Part shown: one piece after another, positions 51,502 to 60,410 of the stretch | Layout: each line of letters begins with the position of its first letter | How positions within the stretch are numbered: position 1 is the first letter of the stretch | Virus record (IMG/VR): IMGVR_UViG_3300033417_000002 | Coordinates: 1 to 64,000 of that record | From: a virus | Length of the DNA: 64,000 nucleotides | Direction: 5' to 3' (one strand) | Notes under the pieces: generated by a model | The model's input: only the letters and a program-made list of their open reading frames with translations | Told to the model about the DNA's origin: nothing | Database searches by the model: none | Translations under genes and position numbers: made by a program

Positions 51502-51717
51502 TCACGCCTCCTTCGCCTTGACGGCCAGTATCCACTCGGACAATGCAAAGACATTCATCCGGCGCGGTTCATTCGGATTTTTCACGCCGTCGCCGGAGAC
51601 GGTAAAAACGATATCTCGGTTAGGCACGTCGATCTCGGTCACAGTGATGGTTACCTGCTTGCCTTCCAGCGCCAGGCGGTGCTGCTGACCAACGTTGAAT
51701 TCAATCGTTTTGCTCAC
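51502..51717 (-). CDS. hypothetical protein (71 aa)
   Basis: ORF. Confidence 0.45.
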   Translation of the reverse strand: MSKTIEFNVGQQHRLALEGKQVTITVTEIDVPNRDIVFTVSGDGVKNPNEPRRMNVFALSEWILAVKAKEA

Positions 51718-52724
51718 AGCAGCACCCCCTGCCCCGTTCGCGCCGCGTTCGAGGGAATGAAAGTGTTGAGCGTCCAGCCATATTCACGGCACTGCTCTTG
51801 TCGCCGCCACACGGCCGGAATCAAGGAACCATCGCGGTAATAACCAGGGAAGTCCTCGCGGAAGCGGCCCAGGCGGGCGTTCTCTTTGATAGTACGTTTG
51901 ATGTTGCCCTTGAAGAAAACTGGAGTATTGGACCCGTCGAAAATATTCAGCAGCTTGGCGATATGATCCGCGTCCGGCTGGTAGTAGGTTGGCCCGTTGC
52001 TGGCCGCGCCAACAATGACCCAATCCAGCGGGTGCTGGCCCTCGAAAAGATGCGCCATATCCCAGGAGACCGGCTCCAGCGACATGCAGACGATATTCCC
52101 GGCCCTGTCGCGCACCTGGCGCAGGACATCCAGCGCCCGCTCCATGTACCTTTCTTGCTGCCTCTGCGAAAGGGTATGGCCCAAAAACTCATCCGGAGCG
52201 CTGGAAACACCCACCCATAAATTCGGTGGAAGTTCGTCGATAAATTTCAAGATTCTGCCGGGGGCTTTCGTCAACACCTGGTAGGTGTGATGCGGAGCAT
52301 CGGCCATCTTGCGGAGAACCCGGATCGCCTGATCTTCGGGAACCCAGTGTCCGAACATATCGCTCATGCTGTCCATGAAGATGAGCAGCGGTTCACTGCC
52401 GGCCGTCAGTTTTTCTAACTGATGTTCTCTGAAATAATGGTGTTCAAATCCGTGGGGGTATGCTTTGATGGCTACGCCGCTGTTGGCCAGTGCCTCCGCA
52501 TAACAGATCGCTTCTGACCCATCCGGCATTGTCCACCGGCAGCGATGGTGGCAACCACCAAAGGGGTTGCGCGTATCATCGCACCACTCAATTCCTCGCC
52601 CCCCTGTGGAAGGCTTATACTGCTTACCCATAGCTGCCATTTCTCCCTGCGAGCTTTGCTCGCCTGAATCGACTGCCGCTGCCACGGCCGCGAAAGCGCT
52701 TACACTACTCTCGACGCGATTCAA
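51714..52724 (-). CDS. phage Gp37/Gp68 family (DUF5131) protein
   Basis: GIEWCDDTRNPFGGCHHRCRW ... CYAE N-terminal signature; the true start may be an internal Met (about 52631-52640). Confidence 0.7.
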   Translation of the reverse strand: MNRVESSVSAFAAVAAAVDSGEQSSQGEMAAMGKQYKPSTGGRGIEWCDDTRNPFGGCHHRCRWTMPDGSEAICYAEALANSGVAIKAYPHGFEHHYFREHQLEKLTAGSEPLLIFMDSMSDMFGHWVPEDQAIRVLRKMADAPHHTYQVLTKAPGRILKFIDELPPNLWVGVSSAPDEFLGHTLSQRQQERYMERALDVLRQVRDRAGNIVCMSLEPVSWDMAHLFEGQHPLDWVIVGAASNGPTYYQPDADHIAKLLNIFDGSNTPVFFKGNIKRTIKENARLGRFREDFPGYYRDGSLIPAVWRRQEQCREYGWTLNTFIPSNAARTGQGVLL

Positions 52725-53277
52725 TAAACCGATCTAACTGATCTTGATTAAAATAAAGCCCATCGACGCCCTGGTTTGATTCCAGCGCGCCCGTCTGAGC
52801 GTGATACCACAAGGTTCTTTTGGCTAAATCTACGCCATGATCCTTGAGATAGGCTCTGGCCTGGTCCATGTCGTAATCGCCCGGCTCTGCCACCCGCTCC
52901 AGGTCTGACTGCCAGTAGACGTAGCGGCTGCCGATCTTCTGACCCGGTATGTTTTGAACCCGGGTATGGTAATTGACGTTGGTTATAACGGTGTTCAAGC
53001 GTTCGGCGACCTCGGCCGAACCAACCACGTCCGGAGGCGGTTCATTGCTCTCGCCACGTTTGCGGTACTGGTCCAACTGCTTCTTGGAATAAATCCACAC
53101 GCCGCCAACGTTGGCCGGCTTGAGCTTCCCCTTACGCCGATGGTCGCACAGGGTTGGCAGCGGTGTGTCGGTGTATTGAGCCGCATCAGACTCACCAAAC
53201 AAGCGCTTCTCCTCGCTCATCATATTCACAATTCCTACTCCTTCAACTTCTATCGGTGGATGTAATAACACTACCAT
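52705..53277 (-). CDS. DNA-binding protein with three tandem excisionase/MerR-type HTH-like modules
   Basis: Three segments of about 50 aa, each ending (W/Y)(I/V/Y)(Y/F)...Q/S..L(D/E)..; start uncertain (ATG 53277 or downstream GTG/ATG). Confidence 0.45.
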   Translation of the reverse strand: MVVLLHPPIEVEGVGIVNMMSEEKRLFGESDAAQYTDTPLPTLCDHRRKGKLKPANVGGVWIYSKKQLDQYRKRGESNEPPPDVVGSAEVAERLNTVITNVNYHTRVQNIPGQKIGSRYVYWQSDLERVAEPGDYDMDQARAYLKDHGVDLAKRTLWYHAQTGALESNQGVDGLYFNQDQLDRFIESRRE

Positions 53278-53329
53278 ACTCCTTTTTGGCCGGGCGGCTG
53301 ATTTAGTCGCACAACCAAGACCTGCTTAC

Positions 53330-53357
53330 ATTATATACAGGAATAGAAATAATGCAA
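53330..53357 (-). promoter_or_regulatory. sigma70-like promoter
   Basis: Minus-strand TTGCAT (53352-53357), 16 nt, TATAAT (53330-53335) in the 94-bp AT-rich gap upstream of 52705..53277. Confidence 0.5.
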
Positions 53358-53371
53358 TAGGGTAACGGCAA

Positions 53372-53689
53372 TTAATCAAAAACTGGTATCCAGCCCGGTA
53401 CAACCCGACCGGCGGCCGTATCTGCCTTGTTCAGATGGTGCCACATACGCATCAGCCGGCGCGGAGCATCGCCCCGCTGGGCGGCCGTCAGCGCCAGGTC
53501 TTCCGCTTCGGCCGTGGCCTGAATGTTGCGCCACAGGGCCATCTTCCAGGCCACGGCCGTAATCAGGGCTGCGTCTTCGGGCTGGAGACCGGGTAAGGCG
53601 TTCATCATAAAGATGGGCAAAGCTTCGACTAAATTAGGGGTATTTTCACCACTTTCCTGGGCGACTTTTTGATCAACTTGCGCTTTCAT
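53372..53689 (-). CDS. hypothetical protein (105 aa)
   Basis: ORF. Confidence 0.5.
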   Translation of the reverse strand: MKAQVDQKVAQESGENTPNLVEALPIFMMNALPGLQPEDAALITAVAWKMALWRNIQATAEAEDLALTAAQRGDAPRRLMRMWHHLNKADTAAGRVVPGWIPVFD

Positions 53690-54083
53690 GGGAATTCTCT
53701 GGTATTGGAAGGTCGCACCACGCCATTACTTTGTACCCCGCCGGTGTTCGACCGTATTTTGTACGCCATTCGGTACCGTCGAACGCCGCGAGTGCTAGAT
53801 AGTCAGGGTCTTGCACATCTCCCGTGTATCGTACCGGGCGAATACTTGCCAACACCCAATTAGCGCCATCTGGCAACACGTCCTCCGGTCTATACCAAAA
53901 TACAAAACTACATCCAGGATCATTCGACACAACAAAGTGCATTCCGGGACGGTCTTCGTCTCTGACAACAATTGTCACCTTGTCTACTGTCGTCAACCCG
54001 CGATTGCGACAAATCAACTTTGCCTCCTCTGCCAATGCCGCAATTCTCACTCCAAATTCATCCATCTTGTTCTGCTTGTTCAT
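53673..54083 (-). CDS. hypothetical protein (136 aa)
   Basis: ORF, lower GC than its surroundings. Confidence 0.5.
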   Translation of the reverse strand: MNKQNKMDEFGVRIAALAEEAKLICRNRGLTTVDKVTIVVRDEDRPGMHFVVSNDPGCSFVFWYRPEDVLPDGANWVLASIRPVRYTGDVQDPDYLALAAFDGTEWRTKYGRTPAGYKVMAWCDLPIPENSHESAS

Positions 54084-54098
54084 TTGTTTCTGTCCTCG

Positions 54099-54653
54099 TT
54101 ACGCCTCATGAGGCACGGCCGTGTCACCTGCGTCTGCATGGGCGTTCTCCTGTTCAAAGGCGATGGGCATGAAGATTTCCTGCCCGCCGACCAACTCTTT
54201 GACAAACACGTACAGCCCCTTCCCCAGCGTGCCCAGTAGCCCGTAGGCTTTCCAATCGCATGGACCACGGCCGTCGTAAAGCTCAATCTCCAGCCCGCTG
54301 TTGCAGGTACGCGGGTCAGTGCTAACGCCACCGCATCGCGGGCAGCGGAAGCCAAGAAGGCCAACGGCCTGTGTCACGTCCTCGGCTTTTTCAAACACGC
54401 GAACGTGGTCACCTTTAATCTCTGGCTGGCGGGAGTCCTGGTAATAGTTCATGTACCAGTAGCCGCGACGGCTCTCCCAGGCATCCAGGATGTCCGCCGC
54501 CGGGATACCGGTCTTTTCGGCATAGTGTTGGGCACGCTCAACCGCCCAACGTACCTTGGCAAAATAGTCGTGGAAGCTAGGGGACTTGTCCTGGTCCTTC
54601 TGGGCGGCCGCCAGTAACTTCTTGTAGCCCTCACATTGTTCAATAGCTGTCAT
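54099..54653 (-). CDS. hypothetical protein with CxxC zinc-ribbon (184 aa)
   Basis: ORF 54099..54770 trimmed to ATG 54653 (MTAIEQCEG...); FRCPRCGG motif. Confidence 0.5.
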   Translation of the reverse strand: MTAIEQCEGYKKLLAAAQKDQDKSPSFHDYFAKVRWAVERAQHYAEKTGIPAADILDAWESRRGYWYMNYYQDSRQPEIKGDHVRVFEKAEDVTQAVGLLGFRCPRCGGVSTDPRTCNSGLEIELYDGRGPCDWKAYGLLGTLGKGLYVFVKELVGGQEIFMPIAFEQENAHADAGDTAVPHEA

Positions 54654-54864
54654 TTTCGCTCTCCTGTAACGCGGCGAGGTAGACGCCGTAAAGCGACTCG
54701 CCGGTTGTGGCTTGCTGCCGGTCGGCCATGTGGGTGACGGCCGTTTCCAGCAGGTACTCGGATATTTCATAGTCCTGGCAGCCGAGGCCGCCGTGAAAGG
54801 TGTAAACGGTGTCGTGGGCGTAGATGCGGCATTCGCCGCCGATTAGGACGTGGAGTTCGATCAT
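54640..54864 (-). CDS. hypothetical protein (74 aa)
   Basis: ORF, ATGA overlap with the methyltransferase gene. Confidence 0.45.
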   Translation of the reverse strand: MIELHVLIGGECRIYAHDTVYTFHGGLGCQDYEISEYLLETAVTHMADRQQATTGESLYGVYLAALQESENDSY

Positions 54865-56183
54865 TGGTCATTTCCTAAAAATAGCGGCAAGTCATCATAA
54901 ATCCGGTTGTCTACGATGCCGCTAAAATCTTGCTTCAAGCAGTTGGGGCTGAACCAGATACGTTCACGGTTGGCGTTATCGTTACTGCCATCCGCTCGTT
55001 GGTTCCCGTAGCCGCCATTGGCTTTCCAGACCACCACATCCCAACCAAGCGATTCCAGTTCGTTGTGTTCACCATCCAGCCCGCATAGGGCGATGCGTAG
55101 TTTGGGGTGTGTGTAGCGCGGGCCTTTGAAATAATTCTTCTTTCCCGGCTTGCCATATGTGATCTCTTCTATGCACCACTCCCGAACCTCATCAGCAACG
55201 GTCAAACTATCTACGGAATACAAATTCGCTTGCCGGGTGTCACCATAAGGCGGGTCAAGGAAAACGGCCGTATCCCCTATGAGAAAGGTCACGCTTGGCC
55301 CCATGATGCGCTTCCAATCGCCACATACCACACGGGTACGGCGCAAGCGGGCCTGCAGCGCTTCCATGTAGTCATAGATGCCGCCGGTCTTACGATTGAA
55401 AGCGGTGGCGTGAATGCCCGCGCCGGATGCGCCGCTGTCACCGGATAGGTAAGGAAATTGGCGGCTGACGCCGCGATTTCCTTTCATGTTTGGTATTTTC
55501 TGCGGCAATCCCTCGATACCCTGATTGGGCCGTAGATTGGGACGTGTACGGCCGTTGCGGGTCATGGACTGCCGTCCGACGCCTGTGCCGCCCTTGAGGG
55601 TGAGCGGCCGCTTCTTGTGGATTGACGGCCGGTGAACACCCACGCCGCCATTATGCTGAAGAAACGGCCGTTTATTGGCCACGTTGTCGGCATTGACACC
55701 TTTGCCTCTCTTTAGTTCCTGGCGTCTCCGTTCTGGCGTACCATCTAGACGGATCCCGCTTCGTCTGTCAACTCGCTCGGTAGCACACCACCCGCTGCCA
55801 ATCCACGCACTCAGTCCCCACACCCACCACCCGGCTATTTTGGCGTCGTAGTATTCTGGATCGACCATCATTTTTTCACGGAACTCAGCCTGGTTGACCA
55901 GCCACAAATGACGTGCGTGCAAGTCCGCCTCCATAACGGGATAATCAGCCCAATACGCAACCGCTTCCGGATCCGCCACCGTTGCCCGCCAAAAATTTGA
56001 CAAATACGTGTCCGCGTCGTTGACTGTCTCCGTGCGCACCGGGAACGGCCGTGCCAACAAAACGGCCAGGCTGCCGGCAAACGGTTCGACGTAATTGAGA
56101 ACGTCGCCAAAACGTGGCCAGACGATGTGCGCCACACGGCTCTTACCGCCGTGCCACGGGAAAGGGGCCTTGAGTAAAGCCAC
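54861..56183 (-). CDS. DNA N6-adenine methyltransferase (Dam/D12 class) with a large Arg/Gly-rich insertion
   Basis: 440 aa; PFPWHGGKSR, YVEPFAGSLAVLL, VFLDPPYGD; basic G-x-G-V-x-R-rich segment of about 120 aa between motif I and DPPY. Confidence 0.8.
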   Translation of the reverse strand: MALLKAPFPWHGGKSRVAHIVWPRFGDVLNYVEPFAGSLAVLLARPFPVRTETVNDADTYLSNFWRATVADPEAVAYWADYPVMEADLHARHLWLVNQAEFREKMMVDPEYYDAKIAGWWVWGLSAWIGSGWCATERVDRRSGIRLDGTPERRRQELKRGKGVNADNVANKRPFLQHNGGVGVHRPSIHKKRPLTLKGGTGVGRQSMTRNGRTRPNLRPNQGIEGLPQKIPNMKGNRGVSRQFPYLSGDSGASGAGIHATAFNRKTGGIYDYMEALQARLRRTRVVCGDWKRIMGPSVTFLIGDTAVFLDPPYGDTRQANLYSVDSLTVADEVREWCIEEITYGKPGKKNYFKGPRYTHPKLRIALCGLDGEHNELESLGWDVVVWKANGGYGNQRADGSNDNANRERIWFSPNCLKQDFSGIVDNRIYDDLPLFLGNDQ

Positions 56184-56184
56184 C

Positions 56185-56430
56185 CTACTCCCCCAACACC
56201 TTCACGTCGCGGGCCTGGGGGCCTTTACCGGCGTCATGGCGGGTGAAGCTCACCCGCTGATCTTCGTACAGGTTACGATACCCTTCACCCTCAACGGCCG
56301 AATAGTGAACGAACAATTCCTTGCCGTCCTTATCGGCCGTGAGGAATCCCCACCCCTTTAACCGGTGAAAGAATTTCACCGTACCTTGTTCTGTTTTAGT
56401 TTGATTATTTGGTTGATTTTTAGCTGTCAT
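56185..56430 (-). CDS. csp: cold-shock domain protein
   Basis: GTVKFFHRLKGWGFLT ... ELFVHYSAV ... RVSF (RNP1/RNP2-like CSD motifs). Confidence 0.85.
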   Translation of the reverse strand: MTAKNQPNNQTKTEQGTVKFFHRLKGWGFLTADKDGKELFVHYSAVEGEGYRNLYEDQRVSFTRHDAGKGPQARDVKVLGE

Positions 56431-56481
56431 TTCCCTTTCCTTTCTGGCCGGTACGCTGCCACGTCCCGGCTGCCACGTTGA

Positions 56482-56772
56482 TTATTTTTGGCCAGATGCG
56501 GCCAACGCTACAAGCATAAAAAACATCAGGACGACGCCCGTTAAAAAGCCACCGTCTACGATCCGGAGGACCAGCAGCCAGATCAGCGCAAACGTGCTGA
56601 GCCAGGCCGCGGCAGCCAGCAGGGTTGATGGTTGATGGAACCGGCGCACCTGCTGCTCCATCAACTCCTGGTTCAACTGCACCAGCCTGTCACGGCCGGC
56701 GCGGACGGCCGTTAGTTCCTCTTCGGCCGTCAAGGTTATCGTTTTGTTTTCTCTTGTTGGGTTCACTGTCAT
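56482..56772 (-). CDS. membrane protein (96 aa)
   Basis: Two C-terminal hydrophobic helices. Confidence 0.5.
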   Translation of the reverse strand: MTVNPTRENKTITLTAEEELTAVRAGRDRLVQLNQELMEQQVRRFHQPSTLLAAAAWLSTFALIWLLVLRIVDGGFLTGVVLMFFMLVALAASGQK

Positions 56773-56827
56773 TCCTATTTTGCAAATTTCGCCGCTTCTG
56801 CCAAAGTGACGAAACCAAGTCGATATA

Positions 56828-57235
56828 TTACGCCTCGATTTCTTCTAGCTGAATCACGGCCGCGTACTCCCAGCTACACGGCTCCGGGCCGAAGTCCGGA
56901 CGGCCGTCGCCGCCGGGGTTGTTGTTGGCAATCTCCTGCGCCAGATGCCGATCAATGGGCTTGTCCACGACATCCGGATTCCCGTTCAGGATGCGGCTGT
57001 AGCGGTAGAAATGCCCCTCGCGGGAGACGATGACCTCCACGGTCGGAGGAGCCACCAGCACGCGGCGATACTCCACGTGTGACTGAGCCATCGTCTGGCC
57101 CTGATTGAACAGCCACTCCGCGTAGGTGAACGCGGCCCCCAGGCGTTCGACAATCCTTTCCCTGGGAATGGCCTGCCAGCCGCCGCCATCATGATAATTA
57201 ACCTGATACAAATAATTCTCACTGTCCATGACCAT
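56828..57235 (-). CDS. hypothetical protein (135 aa)
   Basis: ORF. Confidence 0.5.
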   Translation of the reverse strand: MVMDSENYLYQVNYHDGGGWQAIPRERIVERLGAAFTYAEWLFNQGQTMAQSHVEYRRVLVAPPTVEVIVSREGHFYRYSRILNGNPDVVDKPIDRHLAQEIANNNPGGDGRPDFGPEPCSWEYAAVIQLEEIEA

Positions 57236-57476
57236 ACTCCTTTGATTTACAATACAACTCTCTTTTAACGGTGTAGGTATACCCAGGACCCGCGTACGGC
57301 ACGGCAGCCACCTTGTGGCCGGGGCTGGCCTTAATCGCCCAGAACAGGCTGTCTAGAGCGGCGGCCGTTAACTCCACGATACGGCCGCCGCGCAGGATCG
57401 CCTGCCGGCAGACAACGCCGCCGATAACGGTGTTGTTGACAATAAATACGTCGTCCAAATTGGGAATTCTAGACAT
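57219..57476 (-). CDS. hypothetical protein (85 aa)
   Basis: ORF 57219..57551 trimmed to ATG 57476 (GGAG RBS). Confidence 0.45.
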   Translation of the reverse strand: MSRIPNLDDVFIVNNTVIGGVVCRQAILRGGRIVELTAAALDSLFWAIKASPGHKVAAVPYAGPGYTYTVKRELYCKSKEYGHGQ

Positions 57477-57574
57477 ACCATACTCCAAAAACTTCACCCG
57501 GTTGACCAATGCCGGGAAGTAAATAATAGCACATAATAGAAAATAGTGCAAGCATGAATTTTTAGCCGCCTGTG

Positions 57575-58315
57575 CTAATCCGGGGTATTTTCACCGGATT
57601 GCAGCGCCTTGACTAAATCTTCTACTTCGACCAGCCAGACACGGCCGTCGCTGATCCGCAGCCACACGCCGGGGATAAGGCCATCAAAGGGAATCTCTAG
57701 TCGCCGGACGGTTTCTCGCCTCAAGGCCCGCTCGTGTTCGGTTAGCTCGTCGGGGACGTCCTCGCTGTTCCAGCAATAGACGGGGATACTGGCGAGCGCG
57801 GCCCGGCGGATGGGGAAGGCATCCATAAAACGGCCGTATGCTTCCGGCGCGTGAACAAACCAGATGGCTTCCAGGTACGGCCGTTCCACCCTCATCCGCC
57901 GCAACTCTTTGATGGTCTGGAGTACGTCGTCGAAGGACACCGGCGAATCTTCCCCGTCCGCATAGGTGGACGCATCTGTGAAGCCGGCGCCGGGCTGGTC
58001 ATCGCTCGCCGCCCCACCCCACACCTGGCGGGCGATGTGTTTCTCGAATGACTGGGCGGCCGTGCGCACAGCCTCATGAAGTTTGCTGTCTATCTCCGGC
58101 AGCGGAACGGCCGATTGAATAATGCCAAATTGGGTTATACGGCCGTCAGGGCCGGGGATATTCCAGGGTAACGGGAATCGCCCGCCTAGCTCGGGTAAAG
58201 GATCAATGCTGGTAGAGAAGGTGACTTCTGCCGGCCGTGCGTGGGGCGCAAGCTCTTTCAGGATGCGCCGCTGCTCCTCTTCGGGTAGGTCGTTGAGTAG
58301 TTTGAATTTGCTCAT
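57575..58315 (-). CDS. hypothetical protein (246 aa)
   Basis: ORF 57575..58399 trimmed to ATG 58315 (GGAGGA RBS). Confidence 0.5.
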   Translation of the reverse strand: MSKFKLLNDLPEEEQRRILKELAPHARPAEVTFSTSIDPLPELGGRFPLPWNIPGPDGRITQFGIIQSAVPLPEIDSKLHEAVRTAAQSFEKHIARQVWGGAASDDQPGAGFTDASTYADGEDSPVSFDDVLQTIKELRRMRVERPYLEAIWFVHAPEAYGRFMDAFPIRRAALASIPVYCWNSEDVPDELTEHERALRRETVRRLEIPFDGLIPGVWLRISDGRVWLVEVEDLVKALQSGENTPD

Positions 58316-58329
58316 GCGGTCCTCCGTGG

Positions 58330-58896
58330 TTAGGCCGGGATCGGCCGTAAGATCATACCCGCCTGTTCGGGGGTACGGGCGCCCTTTCGCCGATTGCACG
58401 GTCCGCAGGCTGCGGCTAAATTGTCCGGGCTATTGTCGCATCCACCAGCGCTGGGAACTATGTGATCTACTTGGGTCGCCGGAACTCCGCAATACCGGCA
58501 AGTACGGTTGTCCCGTTCCAGGATAAAACGCCTCAGCTTTTCGTCGAGGAACGGCCGTTCGTGAGCCGGTGCATCAAGCGGGTCACCATTAAACCGCAAA
58601 CGCAGTGCAAAAAACGGCCGTACCCCATCAAAATAATAATCATTCTGCTCATCTGGGGTCAGTTCTCGAAGAACAATATAGCCATCTGTGCGAGCATCCC
58701 ATACAGATGTCCCAAATGATGCAGTACTGCCAATTCCGGATCGGCGCACAAATCCCTCATTGGTTGCTACCCACCATTCTCGCCGCTTTCCCAAAGTCTG
58801 CCGTATGACGGCCGCCACAATCTTCGTTACCGTCGATGAGGCATTCGGGATCACAATATCGAAAAATTCCAGGGGGGTTGGGGTTCCATCCATCAT
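58330..58896 (-). CDS. winged-helix-like / HNH endonuclease fusion protein
   Basis: C-terminal CRYCGVPATQVDHIVP ... NLAAACGPCNRRKG HNH motif. Confidence 0.75.
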   Translation of the reverse strand: MMDGTPTPLEFFDIVIPNASSTVTKIVAAVIRQTLGKRREWWVATNEGFVRRSGIGSTASFGTSVWDARTDGYIVLRELTPDEQNDYYFDGVRPFFALRLRFNGDPLDAPAHERPFLDEKLRRFILERDNRTCRYCGVPATQVDHIVPSAGGCDNSPDNLAAACGPCNRRKGARTPEQAGMILRPIPA

Positions 58897-59000
58897 TTCA
58901 CCGTTATTTAAAAATAGATCAATAATATTATTCCAAGTTGTCTTTTATTCTTTATAGTCGAGCATTAACATGATCCCCACAACCTAAAGGTCGTATTTAG

Positions 59001-59085
59001 GGTGTGGGCCACAATGTAATCGTTTTTCATATTAACATGTGGCCCACATGCTAACTGGCCATTTAACATGTGGGCCACATGTTAA
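59001..59085. promoter_or_regulatory. three palindromic operator/iteron-like sites beside an AT-rich tract (origin or operator candidate)
   Basis: TTAACATGTGG-G-CCACATGTTAA (59063-59085, perfect 11-bp arms), ATTAACATGTGGCCCACATGCTAA (59031-54), degenerate GTGTGGGCCACAATG (59003-17); centres 31 and 35 bp apart; AT-rich 58897-58975. Confidence 0.5.
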
Positions 59086-59099
59086 TATTCGTGTAGACA

Positions 59100-60185
59100 T
59101 TAAGCGTATTCTTCCAACGAAAGCGCCGGAATCCGCGTTTCGCGCTCGTCTGCCAACCAGGCCTCTAGATCGCCACCGGTCTCCTCGGTAGTATGCAACA
59201 GCAGCCATTCATAATGCTCGTCCTGATCTTCCTGAGACAGGGTGGCTACCTGCTTTGGTGTCAGCATGGGAAGATTTTCCATCTTTGTTAAATAATCGAA
59301 GTATTGTTTTTGGCCCCGTCCCTTACCTTCCGAGTTATGATGGCATAGGTTGTGATCCCGTAATTCATTCAGCAACCCGTAACACCCAGGGTACTTCTTA
59401 CCACCCCTGGTCGTTGTTGGTGGACGGCCGACCATTTTAGACAAGTCGCCCCTTCCCAATTTATTTACAAGTGTCTTGAGTGATGGCCCCTCCTTGTCTA
59501 GCTTCTCGAACTCATAAGCATAGGATGAAATTATCAGGAGTAAATCAAACAAGTCAGCACCCAGATACGGCCGCCAGAAACGGATGGCATAGTGCGTGGT
59601 TGCTACAAAACCATTGAGTGGATCGGTTGGCTTTCTGATTTTCCGGTAACGTATACGGCCGTCCCCATTGCTATCTTTACGGCCGTTCCCCTTTCCCGAC
59701 CCATTTACCCCCGCCTCGTTCCTCTCCTCCCGTTCTTTAATCCCCGCTAGCATCTCCGCCCGCTGCTCCGGCGTCAGATTCCCCCCATAGCCATCCTCCT
59801 GCACCGCCCACGGCCGTTCCTGCGGCGGCTCTTCTGGTGGCTCAGGGATGGCGGTACGGCCGTTCCCGTTTTCGCGCCCACCGTCCCTGCCGTTTTCAGA
59901 CATTGCCTGCCGCGCCTCAAACTCATCCAGCATCCCAATTTCAACGGTGCACGGCCGTCCGGCAATGGCGCTCAGCGTCCCCTCAATCGTCGGCTTCAGT
60001 CGCAGATTGAGCCAGTCACGGCCGTGCGGGTTGTCCACGCCAATTGAAAAGGTATCTTCATGCACCCCAATAAACCGTGATCCCTTTAACCACTGATAAA
60101 ATGTCTGCCTGGTCATCTGCAGCTCAAGCTCACCCAGTGTCGCTTTCCAAACCGCTTCCGGTGATTGTTTGACTTCGATGTTCAT
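59100..60185 (-). CDS. replication organiser/initiator-like protein with DnaA domain-I-like N-terminus
   Basis: 361 aa; N-terminal AVWKATLGELELQMTRQTFYQWLKGSRFIGVHEDTFSIGVDNPHGRDWLNLRL parallels DnaA_N; Gly/Asn/Arg-rich linker; helical C-terminal domain. Confidence 0.5.
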   Translation of the reverse strand: MNIEVKQSPEAVWKATLGELELQMTRQTFYQWLKGSRFIGVHEDTFSIGVDNPHGRDWLNLRLKPTIEGTLSAIAGRPCTVEIGMLDEFEARQAMSENGRDGGRENGNGRTAIPEPPEEPPQERPWAVQEDGYGGNLTPEQRAEMLAGIKEREERNEAGVNGSGKGNGRKDSNGDGRIRYRKIRKPTDPLNGFVATTHYAIRFWRPYLGADLFDLLLIISSYAYEFEKLDKEGPSLKTLVNKLGRGDLSKMVGRPPTTTRGGKKYPGCYGLLNELRDHNLCHHNSEGKGRGQKQYFDYLTKMENLPMLTPKQVATLSQEDQDEHYEWLLLHTTEETGGDLEAWLADERETRIPALSLEEYA

Positions 60186-60410
60186 CTGTGCTAATCTCCT
60201 GTCAGTGTTAATCTCCTGATTAACGAAAGAGAAAACGTCCCCCTCCCCAATGAAGGGGCCGCAATCTCAATATAACTCGACACAAAGAACCGCTAGGTTT
60301 GGCCGCCAGGGCGGTTTTTGTGTTTCTGGTGGGGCCGGCAATGGGCCACACGATTGCCATGTATACCCGCTGCACATATTAATTTGCCGTAATTTCGTCG
60401 CATTGGGCGC

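Noticed and set aside
56454-56477. Sigma-54 promoter reading of the TGGCAG repeats.
   Set aside because: No TTGC(A/T) element lies 5 nt downstream of any TGGCAG. The spacing to the downstream conserved 11-mer varies from 8 to 23 nt.
60190-60217. Tandem TAATCTCCTG repeats (two AGGAG-containing 10-mers on the minus strand) upstream of the replication-organiser start.
   Set aside because: This is probably just a duplicated Shine-Dalgarno region. It is too short to support a separate functional claim.
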